A stretch of 64,000 bases of DNA from Nitrososphaeria archaeon (GCA_029776065.1 JARVJP010000011.1:214961-278960), one strand, 5' to 3'. Shown: positions 18,485-28,945, numbered from the stretch's first letter. Notes: generated by a model from the letters alone, not told the origin. Numbers and translations: made by a program.

Positions 18485-20092
18485 TTAATAGTAAATTGGG
18501 GATACTGCTGTTAACAATATCGCATATATGATCGAGTTCCAGATGACTTGCTCGGTGATAGACCTGCTTTTTTGGAACAAATATAGTGAAATTAAGTCAA
18601 AGCTCAGCTGAAGTATTGCGACCATATATAATATAATGGTTAGAAACCCAAGGGTTCCCCCTGAAGTACCGAAGAGCATCATAATGACGATATAGAATAT
18701 TACCAGGCTAGAGACCCTCATCAGCATCGATAATGCTACCTTATAACGTAGCCCCTTTCCTAAAGTGCTTAAAACAGCTCGATAAAATATTTCGTTAAAT
18801 GTGACATAGGGTATTAGAAGGACTGCTAGAACTATAACCATCCCAATTCTATAAGAACTTATTTCTATGTTGAAGAAGTGTTGAAACATTAGATAGTAAA
18901 GTACATATACGACGATCGCTATTATTGCGGAATATAAGATTCTTAGGGGAAGCTTGTCTTTAACAAGGTAAGTGTTTAAGAGCTCTCTAAAACCATTATC
19001 TGTGTCTTTCTTGTGCACATAGAAGACTATGTAGAAAGCTACGATCTGAGAGTAGAAGAAGCCTAGGACGAACGTTGAAACAAACCCTGGAGAGAATAGC
19101 ATGAAAACAACTTGTAGAAGTAGAGTAAACGGGCCTGCAAAAAATGTGCCTGCAAGGTATGTGGGCGCTAGTTTAGAAACGCTAGAAACCTTATCAACCT
19201 TCTCTGGTGGTATCGCTAGATTTTCCCTGATGTCTCTGAGGAGAGGAAATACTAGTAAAAACGCTAAGACCGAGATAAGCAGGAAGAGTGCGAGTTTAAT
19301 ATCGTTTGAGAAGACTAGTTTACCAATTTTGTAAAACTGGCTCACCCACTCTACAGTCTTCTTTACTCCGTTGCTACTATATAGTATTGTTAAATGGTCA
19401 TTTAAACCGCTTATGTAGAGTTCCCTAGCATTGTTTTGTTCGAAGTCTCCATAAGTCACACCTACCTCAGGGTGTTCCACCTCTGTTATGTTCTTGAAAG
19501 CGCTTAAGGCTGTCTCTATGCTTGTGATCTCGTCATTCGCCCCGTTCAAAACAAGTACATTTATCTTTGAATCTTTATCTAGAAAGTCTGTGGTAGGTGT
19601 AGCGCCAATTATTACTAGACATTTTATTCTGCTATCGTTCTTTGCTAGCGATTGAGCATAATAAGCACCTATGCTATGGCCTATAATTGCTATTGAATTT
19701 AGATTTGCACCATATTTTAACCCAACTTCTAAGATCTTGCTAAAGTCGCTGTATATCAGCGTCTGGTTGAAAGATAAGTAAGAGCCACTTTTACCATGCC
19801 CCCTGTTATCATAAGCTATTGTAAGTATTCCATTGTTGGCGAGTTCACCTGCTATCATGTCCATCATTTCAGAACTTCCTCCGAAACCATGCATTAAGAT
19901 CGCAAGAGGTTTAGGTCCGTTTGCTTTAGGAATATGTGCTATGTAGAACAGTTTCTCCCCATCTTCAATATCCACTGTACCTACATTCGTTGAATAACCA
20001 CTGTTTATGTAGGAAATAGCAACATTAAATGCAATGATTAAAGTAATAGTTATTGAGACAAAGAGTAGCCTTTTGGATTTTACTTTTTGCAC
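18485..20092 (-). CDS. Alpha/beta-hydrolase domain fused to a C-terminal polytopic membrane domain
   Basis: N-terminal TM/signal, HGFGG oxyanion region, nucleophile elbow GHSIGA (GxSxG). After ~250 aa, 7-8 predicted TM helices to the C-terminus. Confidence 0.65.
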   Translation of the reverse strand: MQKVKSKRLLFVSITITLIIAFNVAISYINSGYSTNVGTVDIEDGEKLFYIAHIPKANGPKPLAILMHGFGGSSEMMDMIAGELANNGILTIAYDNRGHGKSGSYLSFNQTLIYSDFSKILEVGLKYGANLNSIAIIGHSIGAYYAQSLAKNDSRIKCLVIIGATPTTDFLDKDSKINVLVLNGANDEITSIETALSAFKNITEVEHPEVGVTYGDFEQNNARELYISGLNDHLTILYSSNGVKKTVEWVSQFYKIGKLVFSNDIKLALFLLISVLAFLLVFPLLRDIRENLAIPPEKVDKVSSVSKLAPTYLAGTFFAGPFTLLLQVVFMLFSPGFVSTFVLGFFYSQIVAFYIVFYVHKKDTDNGFRELLNTYLVKDKLPLRILYSAIIAIVVYVLYYLMFQHFFNIEISSYRIGMVIVLAVLLIPYVTFNEIFYRAVLSTLGKGLRYKVALSMLMRVSSLVIFYIVIMMLFGTSGGTLGFLTIILYMVAILQLSFDLISLYLFQKSRSITEQVIWNSIIYAILLTAVSPIYY

Positions 20093-20217
20093 AAAAAAGT
20101 CTTTTCTGCGCTATATTTATCCATTGCTATACCAACACCTTTATTCACCGTCTCACATATGACAATTTCCACAAGCCAGCTTAAAGGAAAGACTTATTTC
20201 TTTAATAGAATGTCTTT

Positions 20218-20709
20218 TTGTGTATGATAAAGTTAAAGGTTGTTAAAATAGATGTGCCAGAAGGGTTGAATGTAATTCTAGGCGCTACCCACTTCATAAA
20301 ATCGGTTGAGGACGTTTACGAAGCTGTGGTTAATAGTGTCCCTAGTGTGAAGTTCGCTGTCGCTTTCTGTGAGGCCTCAGGGAAGAGGCTAATTCGGAGT
20401 GAAGGGAATGATGAAGAGTTAATCTCTTTAGCGCAAAAGAACGCTATGAACCTGTCATGTGGGCATACCTTTATCGTTTATCTAAAGGACGCGTACCCAA
20501 TTAATGTACTCGAGAAGATAAAGAACGTCTACGAAGTCTGTTGCATCTTCGCTGCGACCGCTAACCCCTTGCAAGTGATAGTGGCTGAAACAGAACAAGG
20601 GAGGGGTGTACTAGGTGTTATAGACGGTTTCACATCCTTAGGTGTTGAATTAGAGAAAGATAGAGCAGAAAGAAAGGATTTCTTAAGGAAGATGGGTTAC
20701 AAGCTCTAG
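20218..20709 (+). CDS. Adenosine-specific kinase family-like small protein (archaeal DUF; tentative)
   Basis: ~160 aa archaeal-type protein with conserved GHTF / ILGATHFIK blocks I associate with PF04008-like proteins. Assignment from memory only. Confidence 0.35.
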   Translation: MCMIKLKVVKIDVPEGLNVILGATHFIKSVEDVYEAVVNSVPSVKFAVAFCEASGKRLIRSEGNDEELISLAQKNAMNLSCGHTFIVYLKDAYPINVLEKIKNVYEVCCIFAATANPLQVIVAETEQGRGVLGVIDGFTSLGVELEKDRAERKDFLRKMGYKL

Positions 20710-21731
20710 CCTCTTATCTTTTTTAATTTATATGCAAACCTCCTTGCTTCTTCTAAGCTCTTACCTTGCGCCTCTAAATTTATCTCGTTTAGTATAGAGC
20801 TTGAAAAACTTAGCTTATTTTCTGTAACCTTGTTCTTTCTTAGGTCTAGTTCTTCTATAATCTTCGGATTAAATTGTGATACTTTTTCCATCGAACATAC
20901 TGTATGGTATAATTCTCTTACCGAATCCGTGTACCACTTGGTTGAAATAATATGCGCATTTAACGGCATTTTCTGTTCTATTGCGAACTGGCATTTTTTG
21001 AGAAGTTCATTTACTTTAATGTCGGAGAGGAGAATGGGCTTTTTTGAAAAATCTGTTGGTGGCCGGTTTTCAAATTCATAGAAGTCAGTCATCCTCATAA
21101 AAAGTGTCAATGTTGAAAATACCCTTTTAAAGGAAGTTGTTGTAGCATATTCCAATCCTAGGAAGTGAGCAATGCTTACAAAGAACTCAGAACCTTTGAA
21201 TAACGGGTTCTCTCTGATCTGCTGGATCAGATGGCTTGGTGAGCTGAGTTCTTTATTTAAAATATTCAGCGCAACAACTGCGTCGTAGCCGAGGACTAAG
21301 AGCCAGAATGCTGTTGAATAGAGTGCTTGTAAGCCATAAGCTTCCTCTGCATATGTTAAATGCTTTAGTAGCTTTAGGGTTTGGTCCTCGAATGCTTGTG
21401 AAAAGACTTCTTTCTCTTTCTTCAGTAACCCTTCTTTAAGTGATGCGAGGAAGAGGTTAGGGTCATTAAGTATCTTAGCCTTTAATAATGCAATATTAAT
21501 TTCATAATTTGTTCTGTCCTCAAGCTCCTGATGCGTACGATAGTAGATGTTTAAAATTATATCGTCTATTTGGACCGGTATCTGCCCTGTCACATTGTTA
21601 GTGAACACTATCACATCATACCCACAAACCGGCCATTGCAACTTACCGACTTTACAGCCTACTAAAATCGAGGGATCACTAGCGTGTTTCTTGATTAAGT
21701 ATTTATTTACTATCCCTACTTGTTGGCTCAC
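20706..21731 (-). CDS. Hypothetical protein (341 aa), possibly nucleotidyltransferase-like N-terminus
   Basis: Long ORF with consistent coding character. No motif I can confidently place. Confidence 0.4.
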   Translation of the reverse strand: MSQQVGIVNKYLIKKHASDPSILVGCKVGKLQWPVCGYDVIVFTNNVTGQIPVQIDDIILNIYYRTHQELEDRTNYEINIALLKAKILNDPNLFLASLKEGLLKKEKEVFSQAFEDQTLKLLKHLTYAEEAYGLQALYSTAFWLLVLGYDAVVALNILNKELSSPSHLIQQIRENPLFKGSEFFVSIAHFLGLEYATTTSFKRVFSTLTLFMRMTDFYEFENRPPTDFSKKPILLSDIKVNELLKKCQFAIEQKMPLNAHIISTKWYTDSVRELYHTVCSMEKVSQFNPKIIEELDLRKNKVTENKLSFSSSILNEINLEAQGKSLEEARRFAYKLKKIRG

Positions 21732-21779
21732 GATGGATGTAAATATAAAGAGGGAAAAAAAGTTTTATTATTGTATCAA

Positions 21780-21866
21780 TTTTTATTTTTTTATTAACAA
21801 AATTAGTAACATTTAAATAATAGATATTTTAGTATTATTGGTGTATATAAACTTTGGTGTATTTTT
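21780..21866 (+). promoter_or_regulatory. AT-rich archaeal promoter region of tfb (TATA-like TTTAAATAA / TATATAA elements)
   Basis: TTTAAATAA at ~21813 and GTGTATATAA at ~21841, upstream of ATG 21867. Confidence 0.3.
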
Positions 21867-22820
21867 ATGAGTGATGATAAATCTTCTAGTGGAAGTTTAA
21901 CTTATTTAACTGAAAAATGCCCAAGATGTGGGCGTGCTAAACTAATACTTGATAATGCTCGAGGCGAAATATTCTGTAGCCATTGTGGATTCGTTGTTAG
22001 AGAGAAGCTTGAAGAAGCTGGCCCAGAATGGCGTGCCTTCTCTAAAGAGGAAAAGGAGAGCCGTAGTAGGACTGGTGTTCCATCATCGTTAGCCATGCAT
22101 GATATGGGCCTGTCAACAATCATTAGCCAACTTGATAAAGATGCTTCAGGTAAAAGTATTTCTTCGGCTATGAAGACTACGTTTGACAGGTTGAGAACTT
22201 GGGATGGAAGGAGCCAAGTCCACGAGCCTGTAGACCGTAACCTTAGACAAGCCTTCAGTGAACTCGATAGACTTGCAGATAAGCTAAGTGTGGGCGACGC
22301 TGTAGTTGAACGAGCTGCTTATATCTACAGGCAAGCTCTTGAAAAGGGGTTGGTTAGAGGTCGTTCTATTTCTGCCTTAATCGCTGCGTCACTATACGCT
22401 GCATGTCGAGAAACTGAGACTCCACGTACTCTAAAGGATGTGGGTGCAGCAAGTAACATCAAGAAGAAGGATATTGCAAGATGCTACCGTCTTCTTGTTC
22501 GTGAGTTAGATAAGAAGATGCCTGTTGCCGACCCGCTTAAAACGGTTTCTAGGATCGCTAGCGCTGCTGGGTTATCTGAGAAAACTAAACGTCGAGCTTT
22601 AGACATTATTACTAGGACAAAGGAGAGCCTCTCTTCAGCTGGAAAGGACCCTATGGGCCTCGCGGCAGCTGCCCTCTACGTATCGTGTGTTTTAGAGGGT
22701 GAAAATAAAACACAGAAGGATGTTGCCGAAGCAGCTGGTGTAACTGAAGTAACAATAAGAAATAGGTATAAGGGATTAAGGAACATATTAACACCCGATG
22801 AACTAAGAGTTGTCGAGTGA
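21867..22820 (+). CDS. tfb: Transcription initiation factor IIB (TFB)
   Basis: N-terminal zinc ribbon CPRCG...CSHCG, B-reader/linker, two cyclin-fold repeats. Confidence 0.95.
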   Translation: MSDDKSSSGSLTYLTEKCPRCGRAKLILDNARGEIFCSHCGFVVREKLEEAGPEWRAFSKEEKESRSRTGVPSSLAMHDMGLSTIISQLDKDASGKSISSAMKTTFDRLRTWDGRSQVHEPVDRNLRQAFSELDRLADKLSVGDAVVERAAYIYRQALEKGLVRGRSISALIAASLYAACRETETPRTLKDVGAASNIKKKDIARCYRLLVRELDKKMPVADPLKTVSRIASAAGLSEKTKRRALDIITRTKESLSSAGKDPMGLAAAALYVSCVLEGENKTQKDVAEAAGVTEVTIRNRYKGLRNILTPDELRVVE

Positions 22821-23037
22821 TTTAACCCTATTAGAAGGAGAAGTAATAAATATCATACGTAGAATGAACTATGCTAGTCAAGCAGATATTGTCTTAGCCC
22901 TCAAGCACCGGGCAACGCATGATGATGTTATTAATTGTCTCTCCACGTTGGTCAAGAAGAAGAAGATTAAAAAAATGAGTGTTGGGACTCGAGATAGACC
23001 TGATACCATGCGTATTGTCTACACTATTCTCGATTAG
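22810..23037 (+). CDS. Small hypothetical protein, possible winged-helix DNA-binding protein
   Basis: 75 aa, overlaps tfb stop by 11 nt. Helix-rich basic protein (..GEVINIIRRMNYASQADIVLALKHRATHDDVINCLSTLVKKKKI..). Could be spurious. Confidence 0.35.
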   Translation: MSSDLTLLEGEVINIIRRMNYASQADIVLALKHRATHDDVINCLSTLVKKKKIKKMSVGTRDRPDTMRIVYTILD

Positions 23038-23515
23038 GCTTAAAGCTAGGTACGATCTTTTTGAAATAAGGCATTGCTTCTTCAGTTTCTTCTTTTGTCA
23101 TGAACTGAAATTGGTATTCCCCTTCGTAGGGCGAAGGTTCGCCTATTCTTTGGATGAATTCAATATGCATGAACGGGTCATTTTCTCTTACGGTGATTGG
23201 AGTTCTCTCATTGGAAAGGTTCACTACCTCGAGAGCTAGCCTACCTACAAATCCGCTGTGGACCTTTGCCGCATTTAGGAAGGAAAGTCCTAGTCTACCG
23301 AATCTACTTTTTGCTGTAAGGTGTGCTATGATGTTTGTCGGAAGCATTATTATTTCCTTTGAAATCAGGTTTTTATGTTCAAGATAGTTTAAGACGACGT
23401 TGTCTTTCACTGTTAAGATGTATCCGTCGCCATCCAGTAACTTTTCTTCAAAGGGGTGGATCATACGGTATTCTTTTTGAAGCTTTAGAATCTCGCTTTT
23501 TCCTAGTATGCCCAT
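23024..23515 (-). CDS. dcd: dCTP deaminase / dUTPase-family protein
   Basis: Blocks AHLTAKSRFGRLGLSFLNAAKVHSGFVGRLALEVVNLS and C-terminal YEGEYQFQ align with archaeal Dcd. Confidence 0.8.
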   Translation of the reverse strand: MGILGKSEILKLQKEYRMIHPFEEKLLDGDGYILTVKDNVVLNYLEHKNLISKEIIMLPTNIIAHLTAKSRFGRLGLSFLNAAKVHSGFVGRLALEVVNLSNERTPITVRENDPFMHIEFIQRIGEPSPYEGEYQFQFMTKEETEEAMPYFKKIVPSFKPNRE

Positions 23516-23553
23516 TTACATCCCTATGGAGACATCATTGTAATGGATATAAA

Positions 23554-24534
23554 CTATTGCTCTTTCTTCTTTATTCTTGGCAGCAAGATTTTAGCTCCGT
23601 AATAGAGTATTAGAATTGTTCCTAGTACCAAAACGAACATGTCATTGAAAGTAGATAGATCTAAGTTGTATACATTTTGCTCGAATAAATATATTGAATT
23701 GGTGTAGTAATTGAACGCCCAGTGGACCATTATAGCCGCACCTAGCCCGTAAAACACATAGGCTACTCCAAGCATCAATCCTGCGATTGTGGCTTCAGTA
23801 AACTTTCCTATCTCCCATACCGAACCAGGTGCTATATGCGCAAATCCGAAAAAGAGTGACGATCCAATGATTAGTGGAAGGAATAGACCCCAAACCCTAC
23901 TCCTGAAATTAATGTAATTCTGCGACTTCTTTAACGTGGGCAAGGGGTTGAGTAAGAACTCTATTTTTGAGACGCCTGTTTTCCACCCTCTTATTGTTAA
24001 AAGGGCGAATAAGCCAATAATTGATAATCTGAATCCAATTTCTTCAGATAGAGGTGCATGTGTTATTGTTGCTAGAAGTTTTGCAGAATTGGTTTCAGGT
24101 AGAGTGCCAGATGGTATTCCAACGATAGTTTGGACAAGGTCTATTACAAGTACTAGGACTGCGGTTATTGAGAAGATCGCTATTGACGCAGAAAGGTCGT
24201 TCTTAAAGAAGCTGCTGACCCCTCCTTTATGGCTGTTCTTTAGAACTTTAGCAAGGGTTTTTTCTCCAGAAAATAAGAGGATAGAGAATATTGCGACATA
24301 CATAACCCATTCCGATACGAACTGTTGCTGTATCACTGCGGAAAAGGGGAATACAAGTAAGAACCCAACAATGAAGACATAGTAATAATCGATCTCTCCT
24401 TCTATTTGCTTCCCTTCTTCTGTATTGAAGACGATGTATGGGCCTAATATAAAAGAAAATACAACTGTCGCCACTATGAGCACTATTAGTACGGAAATAA
24501 CCAGTGCCAGAACGCTATTAAGAGTCTTCTCCAA
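23554..24534 (-). CDS. CPBP-family intramembrane metalloprotease (CAAX protease/Abi domain) membrane protein
   Basis: Motif 1 SEEIGFR (EExxxR), motif 2 FxxxH (FGFAHIAPG), motif 3 HWAFN. Multiple TM helices. Confidence 0.8.
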   Translation of the reverse strand: MEKTLNSVLALVISVLIVLIVATVVFSFILGPYIVFNTEEGKQIEGEIDYYYVFIVGFLLVFPFSAVIQQQFVSEWVMYVAIFSILLFSGEKTLAKVLKNSHKGGVSSFFKNDLSASIAIFSITAVLVLVIDLVQTIVGIPSGTLPETNSAKLLATITHAPLSEEIGFRLSIIGLFALLTIRGWKTGVSKIEFLLNPLPTLKKSQNYINFRSRVWGLFLPLIIGSSLFFGFAHIAPGSVWEIGKFTEATIAGLMLGVAYVFYGLGAAIMVHWAFNYYTNSIYLFEQNVYNLDLSTFNDMFVLVLGTILILYYGAKILLPRIKKKEQ

Positions 24535-24621
24535 CGATTTCCATATGGTATCTTAGTTAAATAACATTACGTTGTCCTAAGCCGTAAACAGCATAATTAT
24601 TAAAAAATATTGGAATGTTGT

Positions 24622-24810
24622 CTACTCATCTTTCTCAAGTCCAATAGGGCCCCTATACCCACAAGAAGGGCATTCGTATTCCTCCGGTAATAACCACCCA
24701 TGTAAGCCTAAAACCGGTTTAAGCTTGCCCAAGCATGTTGGGCAGTACTTGTTCTTCTTCTTCGTAACAGAAGTCCTTTTTATCTTTGGTTCAGTGCTCA
24801 GAATGCTCAC
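24622..24810 (-). CDS. Small C4 zinc-ribbon protein
   Basis: 62 aa, basic N-terminus, CPTC...(20)...CPSCGY. Starts immediately after the aSUI1 stop on the same strand. Confidence 0.5.
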   Translation of the reverse strand: MSILSTEPKIKRTSVTKKKNKYCPTCLGKLKPVLGLHGWLLPEEYECPSCGYRGPIGLEKDE

Positions 24811-25116
24811 CTACTGTATTTCTATTGAGTTACTGTTAAATCCTAGTTTGACCAACTTATCCTTAATCAAGTCTCGATGATCCCCTTGTAAGAGGATTGT
24901 ACCGTTTTTTGCAGTGCCACCACATGCTAGAGCTGATTTGAGTTGTTGTGCTATCTTTTGTAGATTATTACCCTTTGGGTCAATCCCTTCTATGACCGTG
25001 GTTTGTTTACCGAATCTCCTAACTTCTAATCTCACCGTTATCCTTGCACTTTCTTTGCTTATTTGTTCGCAGACACAGAGGTCTTTAGGTAATCCACAAA
25101 CTGGACAAATATCCAC
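24811..25116 (-). CDS. sui1: Translation initiation factor SUI1 (aSUI1/eIF1 homolog)
   Basis: N-terminal zinc knuckle CPVCG...CVC followed by SUI1 fold (..FGKQTTVIEG.., ..LACGGT..). Confidence 0.9.
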   Translation of the reverse strand: MDICPVCGLPKDLCVCEQISKESARITVRLEVRRFGKQTTVIEGIDPKGNNLQKIAQQLKSALACGGTAKNGTILLQGDHRDLIKDKLVKLGFNSNSIEIQ

Positions 25117-25281
25117 CAGAACTTGCCTCTGCGTAGATTATCGTTATAGGCATATTTAAATTTTTGAAATCTTGATTAATTAGTATCTATTTTTCTAACA
25201 AAAACTTTTATACATTAACTTAACTTTTTTTAACACACAGTAACTTAAATTAATAGTTCTCAAGTATGTTAAGTATAAGGC

Positions 25282-25890
25282 TTGGTGGTCACACTATACG
25301 AGGTATCAAAGTTAGCTTTAGAGCTAGCAGCTTTAGTGGTAACTGTTCTAGCCTTAATGGTTTCTTATGCTGGCTACTCAAAGACTAAAAAATCCGTTTT
25401 TGCGAGACTTTCTCTAGCTTTTATTGGTCTTTCTGTAAATTTTTTTCTAAATCTACTCGCTGACTCACTTTTTATGTTTGAAGTAATCGAAGACCTTTAC
25501 TATATAAAGCTGATTGCCTCTTTTTTCGAAATGGTCGGGTTCTTCTTTCTAGCTTTCTCCCATATGGTAAAAGTGTATCAAGAAAAGAGGTTTGTAGTTG
25601 CCCCTTTGATTATATTTAATCTAAACGCCGCATTCAAGACGTTGTCGATATATTTCATATTCTACGCAACTCTAGAAACAATGATCACATATTCTCGTTC
25701 TAAATCCCGGATTGTACTATCGACAGCTATTGGGCTGTTGGGCTTTGCCACATATTCTATACTAAGTTGGATTGCAGAGTTTGTCGTTGATCCAACAATA
25801 TATCAGGTTTTCTCCTTAATCTTCCAAGTATTTGGGATTTTAGCCTTCTTTGTTCCGATATGGATATATTATAGGGGTGTTAAAACATAG
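25282..25890 (+). CDS. Hypothetical polytopic membrane protein (6-7 TM)
   Basis: Hydrophobicity pattern. Directly abutting a downstream wHTH protein gene. Confidence 0.5.
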   Translation: MVVTLYEVSKLALELAALVVTVLALMVSYAGYSKTKKSVFARLSLAFIGLSVNFFLNLLADSLFMFEVIEDLYYIKLIASFFEMVGFFFLAFSHMVKVYQEKRFVVAPLIIFNLNAAFKTLSIYFIFYATLETMITYSRSKSRIVLSTAIGLLGFATYSILSWIAEFVVDPTIYQVFSLIFQVFGILAFFVPIWIYYRGVKT

Positions 25891-26172
25891 ATGATGAGCT
25901 ACCGTCACCAAGTCCGTATTGTTTCCGATGTTCTTCTAGCGGTTAAAGAGGGACATGAAGAAGGTGTCGGAATAGCTCAACTTATGCATAAGGCAAACAT
26001 ATCATATGTTCGTGTAACAAAGATTTTGAATGAACTAATCTCAGTAGGTTTAATCGAAGAAATCAGGAACGAAAAATCAACTAAGTATAAAATAACCTAT
26101 CTCGGAATAGAGTACCTTAACGAATATGAACGCTTTTCTACGTTCGCAAAAAACTTTGGTCTTGAAATATAA
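25891..26172 (+). CDS. Small winged helix-turn-helix DNA-binding protein
   Basis: 93 aa. ..GVGIAQLMHKANISYVRVTKILNELISVGLIEE.. typical wHTH recognition helix + wing. Confidence 0.55.
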   Translation: MMSYRHQVRIVSDVLLAVKEGHEEGVGIAQLMHKANISYVRVTKILNELISVGLIEEIRNEKSTKYKITYLGIEYLNEYERFSTFAKNFGLEI

Positions 26173-26220
26173 TTCTTCTAGTGCATGTTATGTTCTTAGG
26201 ATTAATAAATTCATCATCGT

Positions 26221-27084
26221 TCATGCTTCTGGCACTACAACCAACGTGACTACTGGCGCCTTCTTTACTGTACCATATTCCTTTTTACCTAGCAAGTTTC
26301 TGAATCTGGGTTTCGATACAGAAAGTAAGAGGATGTCTATATCATTATCTGATATGTAATTTATAACATCTTCTGCTTCCCTTACAGGTAGAATCAGTGG
26401 TGTGAGCGGTCTCCCAACTAGTCCTATGTATTCACCCACACTGCGAGTAAAAACTCTTCCAGCTTTCTTGAATTCTTTTGATTCTGCGACTTCATCTAAA
26501 GGTATAGTGGGTGGGAGCTCGACTATCTTCATAACCCTTATTTCAGCGTCACTGGTTGAAGCCGAGCTGGTGAGTAATGCCGAGAGAAGAATTACATCTT
26601 CAGAGACTGTTTCCTTAAATGTGGCTGCGAGAATACGCTTGAGCACCAGAGGCAGCTTTAATCCGATTTGAGGTGTCTCAACAATAACGACCTTCTTTTT
26701 AGTCTTTCTGACCACCCTATCAGAGACTCTTCCAAAGAATTCAACATAGGTTCTTTCTCTATGCGCGGGCATAACGATGTATTCGTAATCTTCTTTATTT
26801 GATTCATCGACTATAGAGGATGCTATCAAATTATGTGAGAATGTTTCACGGAGTGTTTTCTCCTTTAATTCATATTTTACCTTTAGCTCTTTGGCTAACT
26901 TCTCGAGTTCGATTGTGAAGTCTATCTCTTCTTTCTCATCAGGTGCTCTCACATGGAAGATTGTGATAGGGCTGCCACAGCATTCTGAAATGTAAAAGGC
27001 TATTTTAACAGCGTTCATTTCATATGGTGTATAAGATAGGGGGAGTAGAAGCCTGCCAGGATGCCAGGTTAGATCCCTACTCAT
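26221..27084 (-). CDS. Universal stress protein (tandem UspA domains)
   Basis: Two UspA-like alpha/beta domains, C-terminal ..ILLLSVS...G..TV.KKAPVVTLVVVP. 8-nt overlap with downstream APC permease. Confidence 0.7.
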   Translation of the reverse strand: MSRDLTWHPGRLLLPLSYTPYEMNAVKIAFYISECCGSPITIFHVRAPDEKEEIDFTIELEKLAKELKVKYELKEKTLRETFSHNLIASSIVDESNKEDYEYIVMPAHRERTYVEFFGRVSDRVVRKTKKKVVIVETPQIGLKLPLVLKRILAATFKETVSEDVILLSALLTSSASTSDAEIRVMKIVELPPTIPLDEVAESKEFKKAGRVFTRSVGEYIGLVGRPLTPLILPVREAEDVINYISDNDIDILLLSVSKPRFRNLLGKKEYGTVKKAPVVTLVVVPEA

Positions 27085-28486
27085 CTTTTCCTATCCTCCT
27101 TTTTAGACGCATAACTAAGTAGAGGATTACTCCAAAACTGAACCATGCAAAGCCTAATAGTCTCCCTTGTTCGTGCGTTATAACCATCATTACCCATATT
27201 GTAAAACAGGATATAAAACCTATCAGTGGGATAAGAGGGAGCTCAGTTTTCTTTCCATGGTAAGGTATCTTTATAACCCATGGAGTATGCCAACCTTCTT
27301 TACTTTCTTTATGTAGAATGACTAACGCAAGGTTCACATACATATAAGATATTAGTGCCCCAAAGTTGTAAAGAGAGGCGACGAGTTCGAGGAGGTCCAA
27401 ACTTGAGAGGAATATGTTAGACATGATGATTGCGATCGCTATTAATGGGAAGATTATTATCGTAACATAAGGTGTTCTAAACCTCTTGTGAACCCTTCTA
27501 AATATTTGTGGTGAAAGCTTTAATCTACCCATTGAAAACGTTACCCTCGATACACCGATGACTCCTGTGTTTGTTGAAACATAGCATATCATAAATCCCA
27601 TGAAACCTATCCAAAGGGAGAGTAGACCACCGATGTAGGGGATAGAAGAAGCAAGAGCCACCATAGGATCCTGTGCTCTGCTTCCTATTGTAGACACGTC
27701 TAAGAGGGTTACAGATAAGAGTGAGGCCATTAGGGCGACAATTAGAACAGAAATAATAGCTGCTTTCGTCGCCATAGGAATGATTCTTTTAGGGTTCTTA
27801 GTCTCCTCCGCTGCTTGAGAGATCGACTCAATTCCTATGTAGGACGCCATGCTAAGAGTAATTGCATAAGCAAAACCATTCCAAGAAGGTGTCTCCCCAA
27901 TATTCGATAGCGAGTTAAACCATAAGATAACCCTTCCAGAAAATAGTAATGTGGCTACACCTGACAGTAGTAAAACTCCTACTGTAAACAAATCAATCAT
28001 CACAAATAATTCGTTGAAACGTGACGAGTACTTTATCCCAATTATGTTCAAAACAATTAAGGCAAGTATTAAAAAGATCGCGGATATACCGTAATAAGGG
28101 TTCATAAGAATGATACCTGATCCCCAGAACGCTTCTACTAGAAAACCCAAGTACCCGACCGCAGCTAATGAAAAAAGAGCAATATTTACTGTATAGTCAA
28201 GCATCAATCCCCATCCTGCTAAGAAACCGTTTAATTTGCCAAAAGCTTTGTAAGCATAGTAGTGCGCTCCCCCTGCGACCGGGTAGGTTGAAGCGAGTTC
28301 TGCATAGCTCAGTCCAGTTGTTATGTAAGTTATTGAAGCTATAAGCAGAGCGATAGGAGCTGCTTGTAAGGCATAGAGCGCGATAAGGCCCAGTGAAATG
28401 TAAATGTCTGCGCCAACATCGGCGTAACCCATGCTGAAAGCGCCAAAAGCTCCTATCTCTCTTTTTAACTCGTCTTCCTCACTCAA
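27077..28486 (-). CDS. APC-superfamily amino acid permease
   Basis: 12-TM architecture with N-terminal conserved APC region (..GAFSMGYADVGADIYISLG..). Confidence 0.85.
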   Translation of the reverse strand: MSEEDELKREIGAFGAFSMGYADVGADIYISLGLIALYALQAAPIALLIASITYITTGLSYAELASTYPVAGGAHYYAYKAFGKLNGFLAGWGLMLDYTVNIALFSLAAVGYLGFLVEAFWGSGIILMNPYYGISAIFLILALIVLNIIGIKYSSRFNELFVMIDLFTVGVLLLSGVATLLFSGRVILWFNSLSNIGETPSWNGFAYAITLSMASYIGIESISQAAEETKNPKRIIPMATKAAIISVLIVALMASLLSVTLLDVSTIGSRAQDPMVALASSIPYIGGLLSLWIGFMGFMICYVSTNTGVIGVSRVTFSMGRLKLSPQIFRRVHKRFRTPYVTIIIFPLIAIAIIMSNIFLSSLDLLELVASLYNFGALISYMYVNLALVILHKESKEGWHTPWVIKIPYHGKKTELPLIPLIGFISCFTIWVMMVITHEQGRLLGFAWFSFGVILYLVMRLKRRIGKDE

Positions 28487-28595
28487 ACTTGTCTCACCTT
28501 TCTTTTAACAAATACTATAGTTTAGTTCAATATTACCCCATTGTAAATAACTCGCTGATATAGTTATTGCTCGTTAAGCGCACTTATCTATGATC

Positions 28596-28892
28596 CTATT
28601 CTTCTTTATTGATCAGCTCCGTTATCTGATCTGCTAAATAATGGTTTCTTAAATTTACTTTGATGGATTTGACGCCCTCTATACTTGAGACCACCTTCTT
28701 TATGTCTTGGCCTATTTTAATTGCGAACATAGGTGGACAGTATGGCATAGAGAGGTGGTAATCCACTATTATATCCCCATTTTGAATATCTATCTTATCA
28801 ACAAGCTTCATCTCTGTAATTGGGACACCTATTTCGGGGTCGTACACCTTTTCTAAAGCCTTTTCTATTTTGTTCTTCAGTGCTTTTTCCAT
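28596..28892 (-). CDS. DUF59/MIP18-family Fe-S cluster assembly protein (SufT-like)
   Basis: V-Y-DPEIG...GDIIVDYHLSMPYCPP motif characteristic of DUF59. Confidence 0.7.
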   Translation of the reverse strand: MEKALKNKIEKALEKVYDPEIGVPITEMKLVDKIDIQNGDIIVDYHLSMPYCPPMFAIKIGQDIKKVVSSIEGVKSIKVNLRNHYLADQITELINKEE

Positions 28893-28945
28893 GTCTTACA
28901 CTCGGATTTGGCTGGTATAAAAATTGTTCAAATACATTAAAATAC

